From Octopus bimaculoides (lineage: Eukaryota): 51,209 nt of DNA. Position numbers and translations under genes: made by a program. The stretch is taken from contig NC_068988.1 of the NCBI RefSeq assembly GCF_001194135.2, positions 878,972 through 930,180 of the forward strand, read 5' to 3'. Every line of letters begins with the position of its first letter. The first letter of the stretch is position 1. The notes under the pieces are model-generated. The model was not told where the DNA came from. It did no database searches and saw only the letters and a list, made by a program, of their open reading frames with translations. Below, piece after piece: positions 12,246 to 23,640 of this stretch.

Positions 12246-13357
12246 ACAGCAGGAAGGAGTCAAATTAATCAACAAAAAGAAAGAGAGAGAGAAAGAAGCA
12301 GAGATATTGGTAATCTAAGTCTGTATGTAATTAAAAGCAACACACAGCAGCAATTGATCCAAATACAATGATGATATATATCGTGTTAAATTTATACTTG
12401 TTTCAACTTGAGAAGTGAAACGACACAACAGAAAAATCAATAATTCTAGTCTCAAGTGTCCACCTCAAAATTATTATTATCATTATTATTATCATCATCG
12501 TTTTTGCTGATGTTATTATTATGAAATACATTGTGAAACACTGTGTCAGTTCTCAATAAAACAAAGATGTTTATTGCAAATGAAACATTAGTCGAAAGTA
12601 ATTGAAGAAGCTGCTTCCAAACTACACGAAAGGAATAATTCAAACCAAGTGAAGTATTGAAACGAAGACACTTACACAAGAATATTTCTCAATCATATTT
12701 CATAAGCATACAACTATTATTTGTGACCAAGGAATAGAAAACATAGAACATTGAATTACCAAACATCTTCTCATTACCATTTATTCAGCATCATCATCAT
12801 ACCATGGAAAAGATGTCTAGCTTTGAGAAAACATTACCTTGGTTGGAAACAGGTGAGAGTTGGCAATAGGAAAGGCTTCCATCCATAGAAAATCTGCTTC
12901 AACCAATTCCGTCCAACCCATGCAAGCTAGGAAAAGTGGACATTAAATGGTGATGATGACTTGAAAAAAGAAATGAATGAAATGCATGCCAACAAACACA
13001 AGAACAGGTACAAATTAACCTCAGACAGACATTAGAAACATAATCTCGCTTCTATTGATAACAAAACTGAAACAGAGCTGCAGTGTTTATATAAGACATG
13101 TCTTACTTTGCAGCCAATGTCAGCTGCTCATGCTCTCCCATATTGATTCACAGTGACATTGTTTATTTAATATTTAATATATAGTAAAACCTAGTTTAGT
13201 TTACATGCGTAACATCACTTCTCTGCCCACGTGTGCAACAACACAGTTGTCAAGTGCTAACATGCCTGGGATCTTTGAAACACAACAAAGCAACCTGTCC
13301 AGACGGTGCCTCTGCCATCACTCTTAAGCCAGGCATTCTATCCTTAGCAAAATCTTC

Positions 13358-13402
<45 letters not shown>

Positions 13403-14727
13403 TCTCTCTCTCTTCCTCCTTCTTCAGTGACCACCAATATTAACTCATCGATATGGAGATTTTCTTGCTCACTACACAGACCGATGGTTGTTCCATATCC
13501 TTGAGACCTTCCATATCCAGTGAAAACCTTTAACAGTGTCTGGTAGGAGAACCTCTAAGCTAACTTGCCCACTTGGAGTTAACATTCATCTCAATTTTCT
13601 TGAATCAGAAACTTCCAGACTGCACTGGAGAAGAATATGCTCATGTGACTTCCTCTGACCCCTTTTCAATCAAATCCAGCTCCCAAATGTCTCATGCACT
13701 CTTCCTTCTCTTCACCAAAGAGCTACATGCAACCATTTCTAACAACACACTCTGAAACAGACGGTACCACCATACATTCATCTTTAAACTACTACACCAC
13801 ATGCATCATCATAAATTGCATGTTGGTATGTAGTTAAGAAGTTCACATCTCAATCCCATGGCTGAGCAAGTGCCTTCTACTTATAAAAGACGTGTGTGTA
13901 AGAGAGAGAGAAAATACTGGAAATCAACAGGTTGAAGTAATGGCAAACATGAAAATGAAAATCCAAGACATTATCATATTAGCCTGTCTCAAAAATTTAA
14001 TATTGCAAAAAGTTGCTAAATTTAATGAAAGTAATTACTTAGTAGACTACATTTTAAGTAGCCATACAAAAAAACAATGACAGGGTTATTTGGACACGGA
14101 ATAAATTATTGCTTCTAATTTCGGCTATTTTGAGGGGCAGGTGTTAGTTGCTACCATTAATCTTAACTGATAATTTGTCAACCACAGGCGAATAGCAAAG
14201 TTAAATATCCCTCTACTGCCTGTTGAATACACGAAATCCCTACAGCAAATCAGAACCTTCTAACAAAACCATGCCATTTGACTTGGCCTTTTATATAGAG
14301 AGGTGCTTCATGCAGAGGTATTTGTTGTAGTTAATGGAGCTGATCTTGTCACTGAACACCAGATTAGTCTTGGCTGAGCAGATTTACTATTGTAGCATTC
14401 CAGGTGGACTTAGGGCATCAAGTATTGGGAATTGAGGGTGATTTTGCAACAAGTCAAGTGACTAATATGAGACAGTATCATCATCATTTAATACCTGTTC
14501 ACCAAGGTTTAATCAGGATTATTAACAGACAGAATCTGACATGCCAGAGGATGTGTCGTGCCCCAGGATCTCTTTCGGCATGGTTTCTATGGCCAGATAC
14601 CTTTCCTAATACCAACCACTTGACTGGATGTTTGTTTTGTTTTGTGTGTGGCACCAACATTAGTGAGGTTGCCTTATAACTAACAACTAATGGTCCTAAA
14701 AGGATCCCTCTAACTGAAAGAGAGTAG

Positions 14728-14765
<38 letters not shown>

Positions 14766-16089
14766 TGTGGATGACAATTTTAGAGAAAGTGATGAGAGCA
14801 AATGAAGTATGATGGGAGGACGAGATCTGAGAGGGTGGGATTGGGTGGGAGAGTAGTTATTATTGGAGGGGCGAGTATGGAAGGGAGAGAAGGAAAGGAA
14901 GGGATTAGTGTCAGTGATTAATGAGAAGGGGGGGAGACAGAGAGATAAGTGTAATGAAGTGGGCTGTAGAGGGGTTCTAGGGCTATCCCACATTAAAAGG
15001 GTGTTAGGGGATGAAAACATGAAAGAAAGAAAATAGATGAGGGTGGAAAAGGCAGTCATTGAAGAAGAAGCAAACTGAAAATTATTTCCTTTTTCACAAA
15101 AATAAAAAACAAACAAAGAAAGAATCTTCAAAACATGGTTTTTACATTAGTCTACCAACCTTGTGCAGCAGTAGCAGCAGCAGCAGCAGCAGACTGCCAC
15201 ACTTGTCTTTTACATTCTCTAACAGCCTGCAACCAGCCACTGCATCTATTATTATGGCCAACAGACTCTATAAGAGTGCTTATAAAAAAAATTCCATAAC
15301 CTTTTTGTTCCTATATTTCAATTAAAACATGTTGCTTTTGGTTTTATTAATTTTGAAAATAATGAGGAATTTAGTAAAATAACTTTGTCGTTATTAAGCT
15401 GGTGTTTGATTTAAATTAAAACTCTCCACCAAAATTGTTCCACCATAGAACCAAGGGTTCTGGTTGGTATCAAAAGGATTACCTTGCCCAAAGTCACAAA
15501 CTTACTCTTACTAAAAACTCCTTCTTCTAAAATTCATAATATATCCAGAATTAGCCATTATTAGTGTTTACCCAGTTCTTCAACTCAGTTGCCTCCATGT
15601 TATATGTCTGCCAGAACAAACTGACCAAAAGTAACTTTATACAGCAAACAAAAACAACAAAATAAACATGAAAGAAAACTGCTTCTTTCTTTAATTCTTC
15701 TATTTATTTCTCTTATCTAATTTTTACCATTTGTGTATTCAACACCCATCTAAAAATATCCTCCCTTCTCACATGACAACCTCGCCTACACCGACAATTC
15801 TAAAGACCCTCACCAAACCTAAGCAACTTTTTTAAATGCATCTCTATTTATTTATCTATCTATCTGACTCTCTCTCTCNNNNNNNNNNNNNNNNNNNNNN
15901 NNNNNNAAAAATTCATCCTTTCATTAATTTTAATGGGAAAAAATCTCTGCCTTTGAGCTTCTTTAATTTCAAGAATAAACAAATTTTGGAAAGATTTTAA
16001 AAAATGGCTCAAATTTTCATTATTTAAAGTTGGTGTCAAGAACATAACTTAAAAGGTTCTGGTATAATTTCTGATAGAAAATATTAATT

Positions 16090-16330
16090 CAGATATCCGT
16101 CCATTCATTTTCTCAGCCCCCTTTCCTGATTAGAGTTCTCAGGGTCCTATCAGAAGCAGCTGTCATCACTTTCTAGCTGCATATCCAAGCATGACCAACT
16201 AAGAGGATGGCTATCATCCAAGCATCTCATTCTTGGTCCACCCCTAGCTCTCCCATTAGTTGGCTCACGTTGAAGAATCCATCTTGCGATTTTTTCCTAC
16301 GATATTCTCATCATTTGTCTGTAGTCCTAG
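16090..16330 (-). mobile_element. RTE-like LINE 3' coding remnant
   Basis: Minus frame EKIARWILQREPTNGRARGGPRMRCLDDS resembles the RTE C-terminal P..G.R.RGRP..RW.D motif. Confidence 0.5.
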
Positions 16331-16449
16331 AGCTGTGACATCTCAGTGCAGACAACCAGTGGCTTAATTTATATTTATTAATTTACATATGATTAAGATA
16401 TTAATTTAAATATTTAATCTTTAAAACAAACAGCTTTATATTCCTTTAT

Positions 16450-17612
16450 ATTCTCTTATTCTTTTATGTGTTTCAGTCGTTTGACTACGGCCAGGCTGGA
16501 GCACCGCTTTTAGTCAAACAAATCGACCCCGGAACTTATTCTTTGTAAGCCTAGTACTTATTCTATGTCTCTTTTGCCAAACCGCTATGTTACAGGGACA
16601 TAAACACACCAACATCAGTTGTCAAGCGATGGTGGGGAGACAAACACAGACACAAACATATACATATATATATATATATAGATATATATNNNNNNNNNNN
16701 NNNNNNNNNNNNNNNNNNNNNNNNNNNNNNNNNNNNNNNNNNNNNNNNNNNNNNNNNNNNNNNNNNNNNNNNNNNNNNNNNNNNNNNNNNNNNNNNNNNN
16801 NNNNNNNNNNNNNNNNNNNNNNNNNNNNNNNNNNNNNNNNNNNNNNNNNNNNNNNNNNNNNNNNNNNNNNNNNNNNNNNNNNNNNNNNNNNNNNNNNNNN
16901 NNNNNNNNNNNNNNNNNNNNNNNNNNNNNNNNNNNNNNNNNNNNNNNNNNNNNNNNNNNNNNNNNNNNNNNNNNNNNNNNNNNNNNNNNNNNNNNNNNNN
17001 NNNNNNNNNNNNNNNNNNNNNNNNNNNNNNNNNNNNNNNNNNNNNNNNNNNNNNNNNNNNNNNNNNNNNNNNNNNNNNNNNNNNNNNNNNNNNNNNNNNN
17101 NNNNNNNNNNNNNNNNNNNNNNNNNNNNNNNNNNNNNNNNNNNNNNNNNNNNNNNNNNNNNNNNNNNNNNNNNNNNNNNNNNNNNNNNNNNNNNNNNNNN
17201 NNNNNNNNNNNNNNNNNNNNNNNNNNNNNNNNNNNNNNNNNNNNNNNNNNNNNNNNNNNNNNNNNNNNNNNNNNNNNNNNNNNNNNNNNNNNNNNNNNNN
17301 NNNNNNNNNNNNNNNNNNNNNNNNNNNNNNNNNNNNNNNNNNNNNNNNNNNNNNNNNNNNNNNNNNNNNNNNNNNNNNNNNNNNNNNNNNNNNNNNNNNN
17401 NNNNNNNNNNNNNNNNNNNNNNNNNATATATATATATACATACATACACATGACGGGCTTCCTTCAGTTTCCGTCTGCCAAATCTATTCACAAGGCTTTG
17501 GTAAGACCAAAGCTATAGAAGAAGACACCTGCCCAAAGTGCCACGCAGTGGGACTGAACCCAGAACTATGTGGTTGGGAAGCAAGCTTCTTACCACACAG
17601 CTACGCCTGCAC
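16450..17612 (-). mobile_element. Composite SINE: head (17452-17612) + (AT)n spanning an N gap + type B tail (16450-16660)
   Basis: Same architecture as 4745-5210. Confidence 0.7.
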
Positions 17613-17770
17613 CAAAAAACAAAAAACAGAGACAGTCTCAAGATTAAAAACCAAATGCTTCTCTCTCTCTCTCTCAAACTAACTTGCTCACTCATTTTAT
17701 TTAAAGTATGTGAGCCCACCACTTTCTCAAAAGACTAAAAGACATTGTATTTATCTTTTAAAATATTCAC

Positions 17771-17878
17771 TTAAATCATATCACTAGCATAACACCATTT
17801 TTCTGCTTGGTGGAGTCCGCAGAAAAATAAATGAAGAATTTCACTTTCCAAACATTCATCGTCGTTTTCTTCTACAGC
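17771..17878 (-). other. Candidate terminal exon of an unidentified minus-strand gene
   Basis: Acceptor GGTATCTCTCAG|GCT; open frame AVEENDDECLESEILHLFFCGLHQAEKWCYASDMI*; AATAAA at 17696-17701 downstream; no homology recognised. Confidence 0.3.
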
Positions 17879-18114
17879 CTGAGAGATACCAAATATGTAA
17901 TAAAGACTGTTTCTTATCTCTTCTGTCTCCATAAACGGTCCCTTATCAGCTAAATCAAAAGAACTTGAGAATTTAAAACAACTTAGTCTGACAAGAAAAA
18001 TAATACATTTACTGACAAGAATTCCTTTACCAATTCTCCATGTTCAATGAGGTTTTGAAAATACCAATTAAATATATTAAATTTGTAATGTTTTAAATGG
18101 ATGATGATGATTCT

Positions 18115-18600
18115 TCCAATTATAGATACAAGGCATGGAATTTTGTGGGTTGAAGTTAATCAATTATCTCAACCCCAGTCCTCAACTGGTACTTATTTCC
18201 TTTTCTACTCTAGGCACAAGGCTCGAAATTTGATGGGGGGGGGCGTCGATTAGATCGACCCAGTACACAACTGGTACATACTTTAGTGACCCCCAAAAGG
18301 ATGAAAGGCAAAGTCAACCTCGGTAGCATTTCGCCCGACGTGCTTAATATTTCTTATTTCTTTATTGCCCACAGGGGGCTAAACATAGAAGGGACAAACA
18401 AGGAAAGACAAAGGGAGTAAGTTGATTACATCGACCCCAGTGCATAATTGGTACTTAATTTATCAACCCCGAAAAGATGAAAGGCAAAATCGACCTCGGT
18501 GGAATTTGAACTCAGAACATAGGAGACGAAATACCACTAAGCATTTCGCCTGGTATGCTAATAATTCTGCAAGCTCGCTGCCTTATATAATAACAATCCT
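18115..18600 (-). mobile_element. Tandem cluster of three type C SINE copies
   Basis: Three successive ...gacccc...aactggtact...aaaggatgaaaggcaaagtc blocks. Confidence 0.75.
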
Positions 18601-18654
18601 GAAGTTTTGGGGGAAGGGGACAGTTGTGTGGTAATAATTACCATTACTATTCAA

Positions 18655-18830
18655 AGTAAAGTGGTGAGCTGGTGGCTTCATTAGCATGCTGGGCAAAGTA
18701 CTTCGCACCACGTTCTGAGTTCAAATTCTGCTGATGTCGACTTTGCCTTTCAACCTTTCGGGGTCAATAAAATAAGTACCAGTTGTACACTGGGGTCAAT
18801 GCAAAATTGCTGCCCTTGTGGCAAAATCTG
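18655..18830 (+). mobile_element. Type C SINE, plus orientation
   Basis: ggtgagctgg...ttctgagttcaaattctgct (B box-like)...ctttgcctttcaacctttcggggtcaata. Confidence 0.75.
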
Positions 18831-19744
18831 AAACCATCATTATTTCCATCCTCCTGCCAACCAGTCAAAAAGAAGGCTTTGGAATGATATTTAAAGATGG
18901 CTGACTCCTGATCAGAAGGTTCATGGCTAAAATAGCTAATGATGGATACCATAGCCTCGTAGTTAGAAGAGCAAAGCCTATTTATGGTCAATCATTTCCA
19001 GTCTTCTGTATTTGACAATCTCACCAGTTTGATAACCAGAATTACTACAAGTTGATTACGTCAACCCCAGGGTGAAAGGCAAAGCCAACCTCGGTGGAAT
19101 TTGAACTCAGAATGTAAAGATGGATGACATGCTGCTAAGCATTTCGCCCAGTGTGCTAACGACCCTGCCAGCTCACTGGCTTGCCTGCTCAATAATCATA
19201 ATCATAATTTTAATGACCCCCATTTCCATGCTTGTACAGATCAGCCAGAATTTATTGAAGCAGATTCTCTACAGCCAGACACCGTTCTTGTTGCCAAGCT
19301 TCATCTGTTTCCAAGTAAGGGAATATTTCTCCATGGCTGGACATGTTTTTTTCACACCTCTTGTGTGATGATGCTTGTTTACAACCATCCCCCAATGTCA
19401 AGACAAGGAGACACAAAAACACACTCACATAACAGTTTGAAAAACAAACAATATTTAAACTCCAAGAACTAACCAGTCACAACAAAGGCAGAAAAATGTC
19501 TTTGTTCTCGTGAGTCACTGCAGCAATAATGTTCGTTTTGCTTTGATATTGTCTTGCAAGTTACTTTGTGACTGCACGAGTGCTGGCGTCACAAAAGGAA
19601 GAAACCAGTAGACATTGAGGAGTGGTTGGCGTTAGGAAGAGATCCAGCCGTAGAAAGCAAGCCAGAAGACAGTGGAGCTCTACGCAGACCTCCAACTCGT
19701 TGGATGCTATCAAACCCTAACCCTTGCCAATAGATGTTAAATAA

Positions 19745-19950
19745 TCCTTTCTACTATAGGCAAACAGGGGAGGGGAGGGTTAGTCGATTACATGGATCTA
19801 ATGTGACATTGATACTTATTTCATCGACCCTGTAAGGATGAAAGGCAAAGTCAAGTTTGGTAGAACTTGAACTCAGAACGTTAAGAAGAACAAAATGTCA
19901 TCAAACATTTTGCCTGGTGTGCTAATGATTCTGCCTGCTCATCACTTTAA
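19745..19950 (-). mobile_element. Type C SINE
   Basis: Matches the family consensus. Confidence 0.7.
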
Positions 19951-20755
19951 CAGATGCTAAATAATGATGATGATGACAACGACAATAACAATGATGATAA
20001 TCTCAAAGCTGCACACCCTATCAATTGTGTTGCTTCAGTAATCCACAAATCAATTTGGCTTGGAAGTTTTCAAAGAACTAAAAACATTCAAATTTTGAGT
20101 ATTTGATTAAAAAAGAAAAAAAAAGTTCTATCCGTTCAAATCTGAGAGTACCAGGAACCAACAGAAGAAGCAGCCACATCATGCCCCAACATCTTGAAAA
20201 AAGAAAAAACAAAAATCTATTGGACAAAGTTTTCCATGAAGTAATTAAAAAAAGAAAATAAAATTAGAATGAATTGGACGATCACAAGTGAAACAGCTTT
20301 GATGATAATCCTGCTTGATCAGGATCTGAATGATCTGAGGTTTAACTAGGACAACTTTTGGCAGCAGCAGGTGCTGCAAATTCTGTTGAACCAATCAATA
20401 GAAAATTGTCAATGTTTCCGACTAATTTTGAAAATAATGAAAAATTTAGTAAAATATTTTTATCATTATTAAAAGTGTTTGGAACAGATTAGCATGAAAT
20501 ATTGGTTTCAAACTTTGGCACAAGGCCAGCAATTCTGGGAGAGGGAGTAAATCGATTACATCGACCCCAGTGTATAACTGGTACTTATTTTATTGACCCT
20601 GGAAGGATGAAAGTTAAAGTCAACACCAGCAACTTTGAAATATTGATGGAAACATTTAATTCAGATCTCTTAAAAAGCTATTGGTTACCATTTTGATGGA
20701 AGATTTAAATTTAGATCACTTTAAAACAGGAAATTTGTGCCAAGAGTGGTTTTAA

Positions 20756-20978
20756 CCCATTAAGTCCCAGAGTACTTAAATTTCTGAATATTACTTTTAA
20801 ATTTTTACAGATGATTGAAAATAGGTTAAAATGAAAAACATAATTACTAAAACTCCTTTGCTTCAAGTAGAAATGGAAATACTCGGTGTCCTATAAATAG
20901 GACACTGAGACAATGTGATATAGCTTATTTAATGTTCTCATTTAGTGTCCTATTTATAGGACAGTGGGACTTAACGGG
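20756..20978. mobile_element. 223-bp piggyBac-like MITE with TTAA TSD, nested in another MITE
   Basis: TTAA|CCCATTAAGTCCCA...TGGGACTTAACGGG|TTAA; TIR match 13/14. Confidence 0.8.
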
Positions 20979-21673
20979 TTAAGTGGGGGTGGTATCAAAA
21001 GGATCCAAATAGGTCCACACAAATTTGTGACACTAATGCAATCACAATTCTCACCTTTTAATACTATAATCAACCAAACCATTCACAGGTTATCTTAATA
21101 AACCCAGTCGTCTCCCAGTTTAAAGTGGAGAAAGTGTTTTATAACAAGGCGCATATTTTACCAGAGGCCTCACCATCATGAAATCAGGCTGTTAGCTATT
21201 TCTCTCACTGAGTTAAACCAAGGACATGAGTCAGTCGCTCTCTCAACACACAACAAAACAGTTGTTTCAACATTTAAATTGGCAACTTCCATTTCATATA
21301 ATATTTCACTCTAAAACAGTAAAACAGATATAACAATGTTCAGTCAGTACAAAATGTAATTCAATATTCTCTTTCCTCTTACGAAATCTTTTCTCTCTCT
21401 CTCTCTGATATATGATTCATCATTTTTAATTAATGGCATTTTCAAATTGGGTATTTAGTAGAATAAGAGTAGAAGTTAAAGGTCTCTTTTGTCCAGTCAT
21501 GCATTTTTGTTTTTTTAATTATCGCCAGCTTCAAATTCAAAAGGATTCTTAATCTACCTTACATGTAATTCCTACTGCACGTAAAAGATTGCTTTATTAC
21601 CAAATATCCCTCATCCGAGTTATTTTGGGGGATCTACAGTTCAAATTAAAATGTAAAGTATTTAATAATGGTG

Positions 21674-21828
21674 CATGTGTGGAGGTATGGTAAGAAGTTT
21701 GCTTCCCAATCACATAGTTCCGGGTTCGGTCCCTCCGCATGGCACCTTGAACAAGTATCTTCAGCTATAGCCTCAGGCCAACCAAGGCCTTGTGAGTGGA
21801 CTTAGTAGAGGGAAATTGAAAGAAGCCC

Positions 21829-21882
<54 letters not shown>

Positions 21883-22245
21883 CATGTGTGCGTGCGTGCA
21901 CGCATACGTGTGTGTGCGCGCACGCTATTATTTAGTTTTATTTCTAAATGTCTTGCTAAATGTCGGTGGCACATAAAAAGCAACATCCGAATGTGGCCGA
22001 TGCCAGCGTCGCCTTAGCTGGCTTCCATGCCGGTGGCACATAAAAAGCACCAACCAATCGTGGTGTTGCTAGCCTCCTCTGGCCCTTGTGCTGGTGGCAC
22101 ATAAAAAGTACCCACTACACTCTCAGAGTTGTTGGTGTTAGGAAGGGCATCCAGTTGTAGAAACATTGCCAGATCAGACTGGAACCTGGTGCAGCCTCCT
22201 GGCTTCCCCGACTCCAGTCGAACCGGCCAACCCATGCCAGCATGG
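21674..22245 (+). mobile_element. Composite SINE: head (21674-21830) + (GT)n + type E tail
   Basis: Head ...gttccgggttcggtccc...ccttgaacaagt; tail has three ggtggcacataaaaag subunits and the ggaagggcatccag core. Confidence 0.75.
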
Positions 22246-22421
22246 NNNNNNNNNNNNNNNNNNNNNNNNNNNNNNNNNNNNNNNNNNNNNNNNNNNNNNN
22301 NNNNNNNNNNNNNNNNNNNNNNNNNNNNNNNNNNNNNNNNNNNNNNNNNNNNNNNNNNNNNNNNNNNNNNNNNNNNNNNNNNNNNNNNNNNNNNNNNNNN
22401 NNNNNNNNNNNNNNNNNNNNN

Positions 22422-22458
<37 letters not shown>

Positions 22459-22994
22459 GATGGACTTCTTTCAGTTTCTGACTACAAAATCAACTCACAA
22501 AGCTTTGCAGATCAACCCAGGGACACAGAAGAAAACACTTGCTACCCAAGGTAGGGGACTGAACTTAAAATCTTGTAGATGGGAAGCAAACTTGTTAACC
22601 ACGGAGCCATGTCTGCATTTATTGCAGAAATGAGTTTCTAGTGCCGACCAAAATTCATCCAAGAATGAACCAATAAAAACTCAACTCTGAATAATCACCA
22701 ATTCTGCTCCTTAATGCGAAATGGTTGCATCAGGAGAGACACACATTAAGTATCCACAGAGTAGAGACCCAATAAGGTGTTTCGAAAGCATAAGAAAAAA
22801 CTGCTTTGTTTACAAAAGTAATGTGAACTAGGATAAGCCATTTATGAAACCTAAACTATCATTAAAAGAGGATTACTATAATACACATACAATCGAAAAT
22901 CTCTCTCTTTGCCAGTCGAGTAAAGACAACTTAAATATTGGTTGTAACACTGTCACCAAAATAGCATTAAGCTGAACAATCACTAATAATAATA

Positions 22995-23215
22995 ATAATA
23001 ATCCGTTCTAGTGGAGGCACAAGGCCTCAAATTTGTGGGGAGGGGACTAGTTGATTACATTGATCCCAATGTTTCACTGGTACTTAATCTATCGAACCCA
23101 AAAGAATAAAAGGCAAAGTCGACCTCGGTGGAATTGGAACTCAGAACATAGCAGCAGATGAAATACTGATGAGCATCTCAACCAGCGTTCCAACGATTCT
23201 GCCTCACCTAATAAT
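22995..23215 (-). mobile_element. Type C SINE within (AAT)n
   Basis: Family consensus, flanked on both sides by (AAT)n. Confidence 0.75.
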
Positions 23216-23244
23216 AATAATAATAATAATAATAACAATTGCTT

Positions 23245-23640
23245 CTTCTATAGGCACAAGGCCTGAAATTTGAGGGCTAGTCAATTACATCGACCTCAGT
23301 GCTCAACTGGTGGTTATTTAACCCTTTCGTTACCGTATTTCTGTTGAGATGCTCTGTGTTACTTTCAATTAATTTTAAATATAAGAAAGAATTTAGTAAA
23401 ATAACTTCGTTATCATTCAGCTAGTGTTAGGAACATAAATTGTGACTAAGGTTTGGTGGAAGATTTTAATTCAGAACTTAAGAGAACAAGACATTTGTAC
23501 TCAGAGCCAGAGTCGGTTTCAGCTGGGTTAACAAAAGGGTTAATTGACCTCAAAAGGATGAAAGGCAAAGTTGACCTGGGAGGAATTTGAACTCAGAACA
23601 TAGAGACAAACAAAACGCTTCTATTTCGCCCGGTGAGACT
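23245..23640 (-). mobile_element. Type C SINE split by a MITE insertion
   Basis: The SINE halves rejoin across the duplicated TTAA. Confidence 0.7.
23322..23539. mobile_element. 218-bp piggyBac-like MITE with TTAA TSD
   Basis: TTAA|CCCTTTCGTT...AACAAAAGGG|TTAA at 23318-23543. Confidence 0.8.

Noticed and set aside
13440-13800. Possible old LINE remnant
   Set aside because: No diagnostic motif could be translated with confidence
14499-15131. 210-aa minus-strand ORF rich in L/S/P
   Set aside because: Product of a GA-rich low-complexity tract plus SINE sequence
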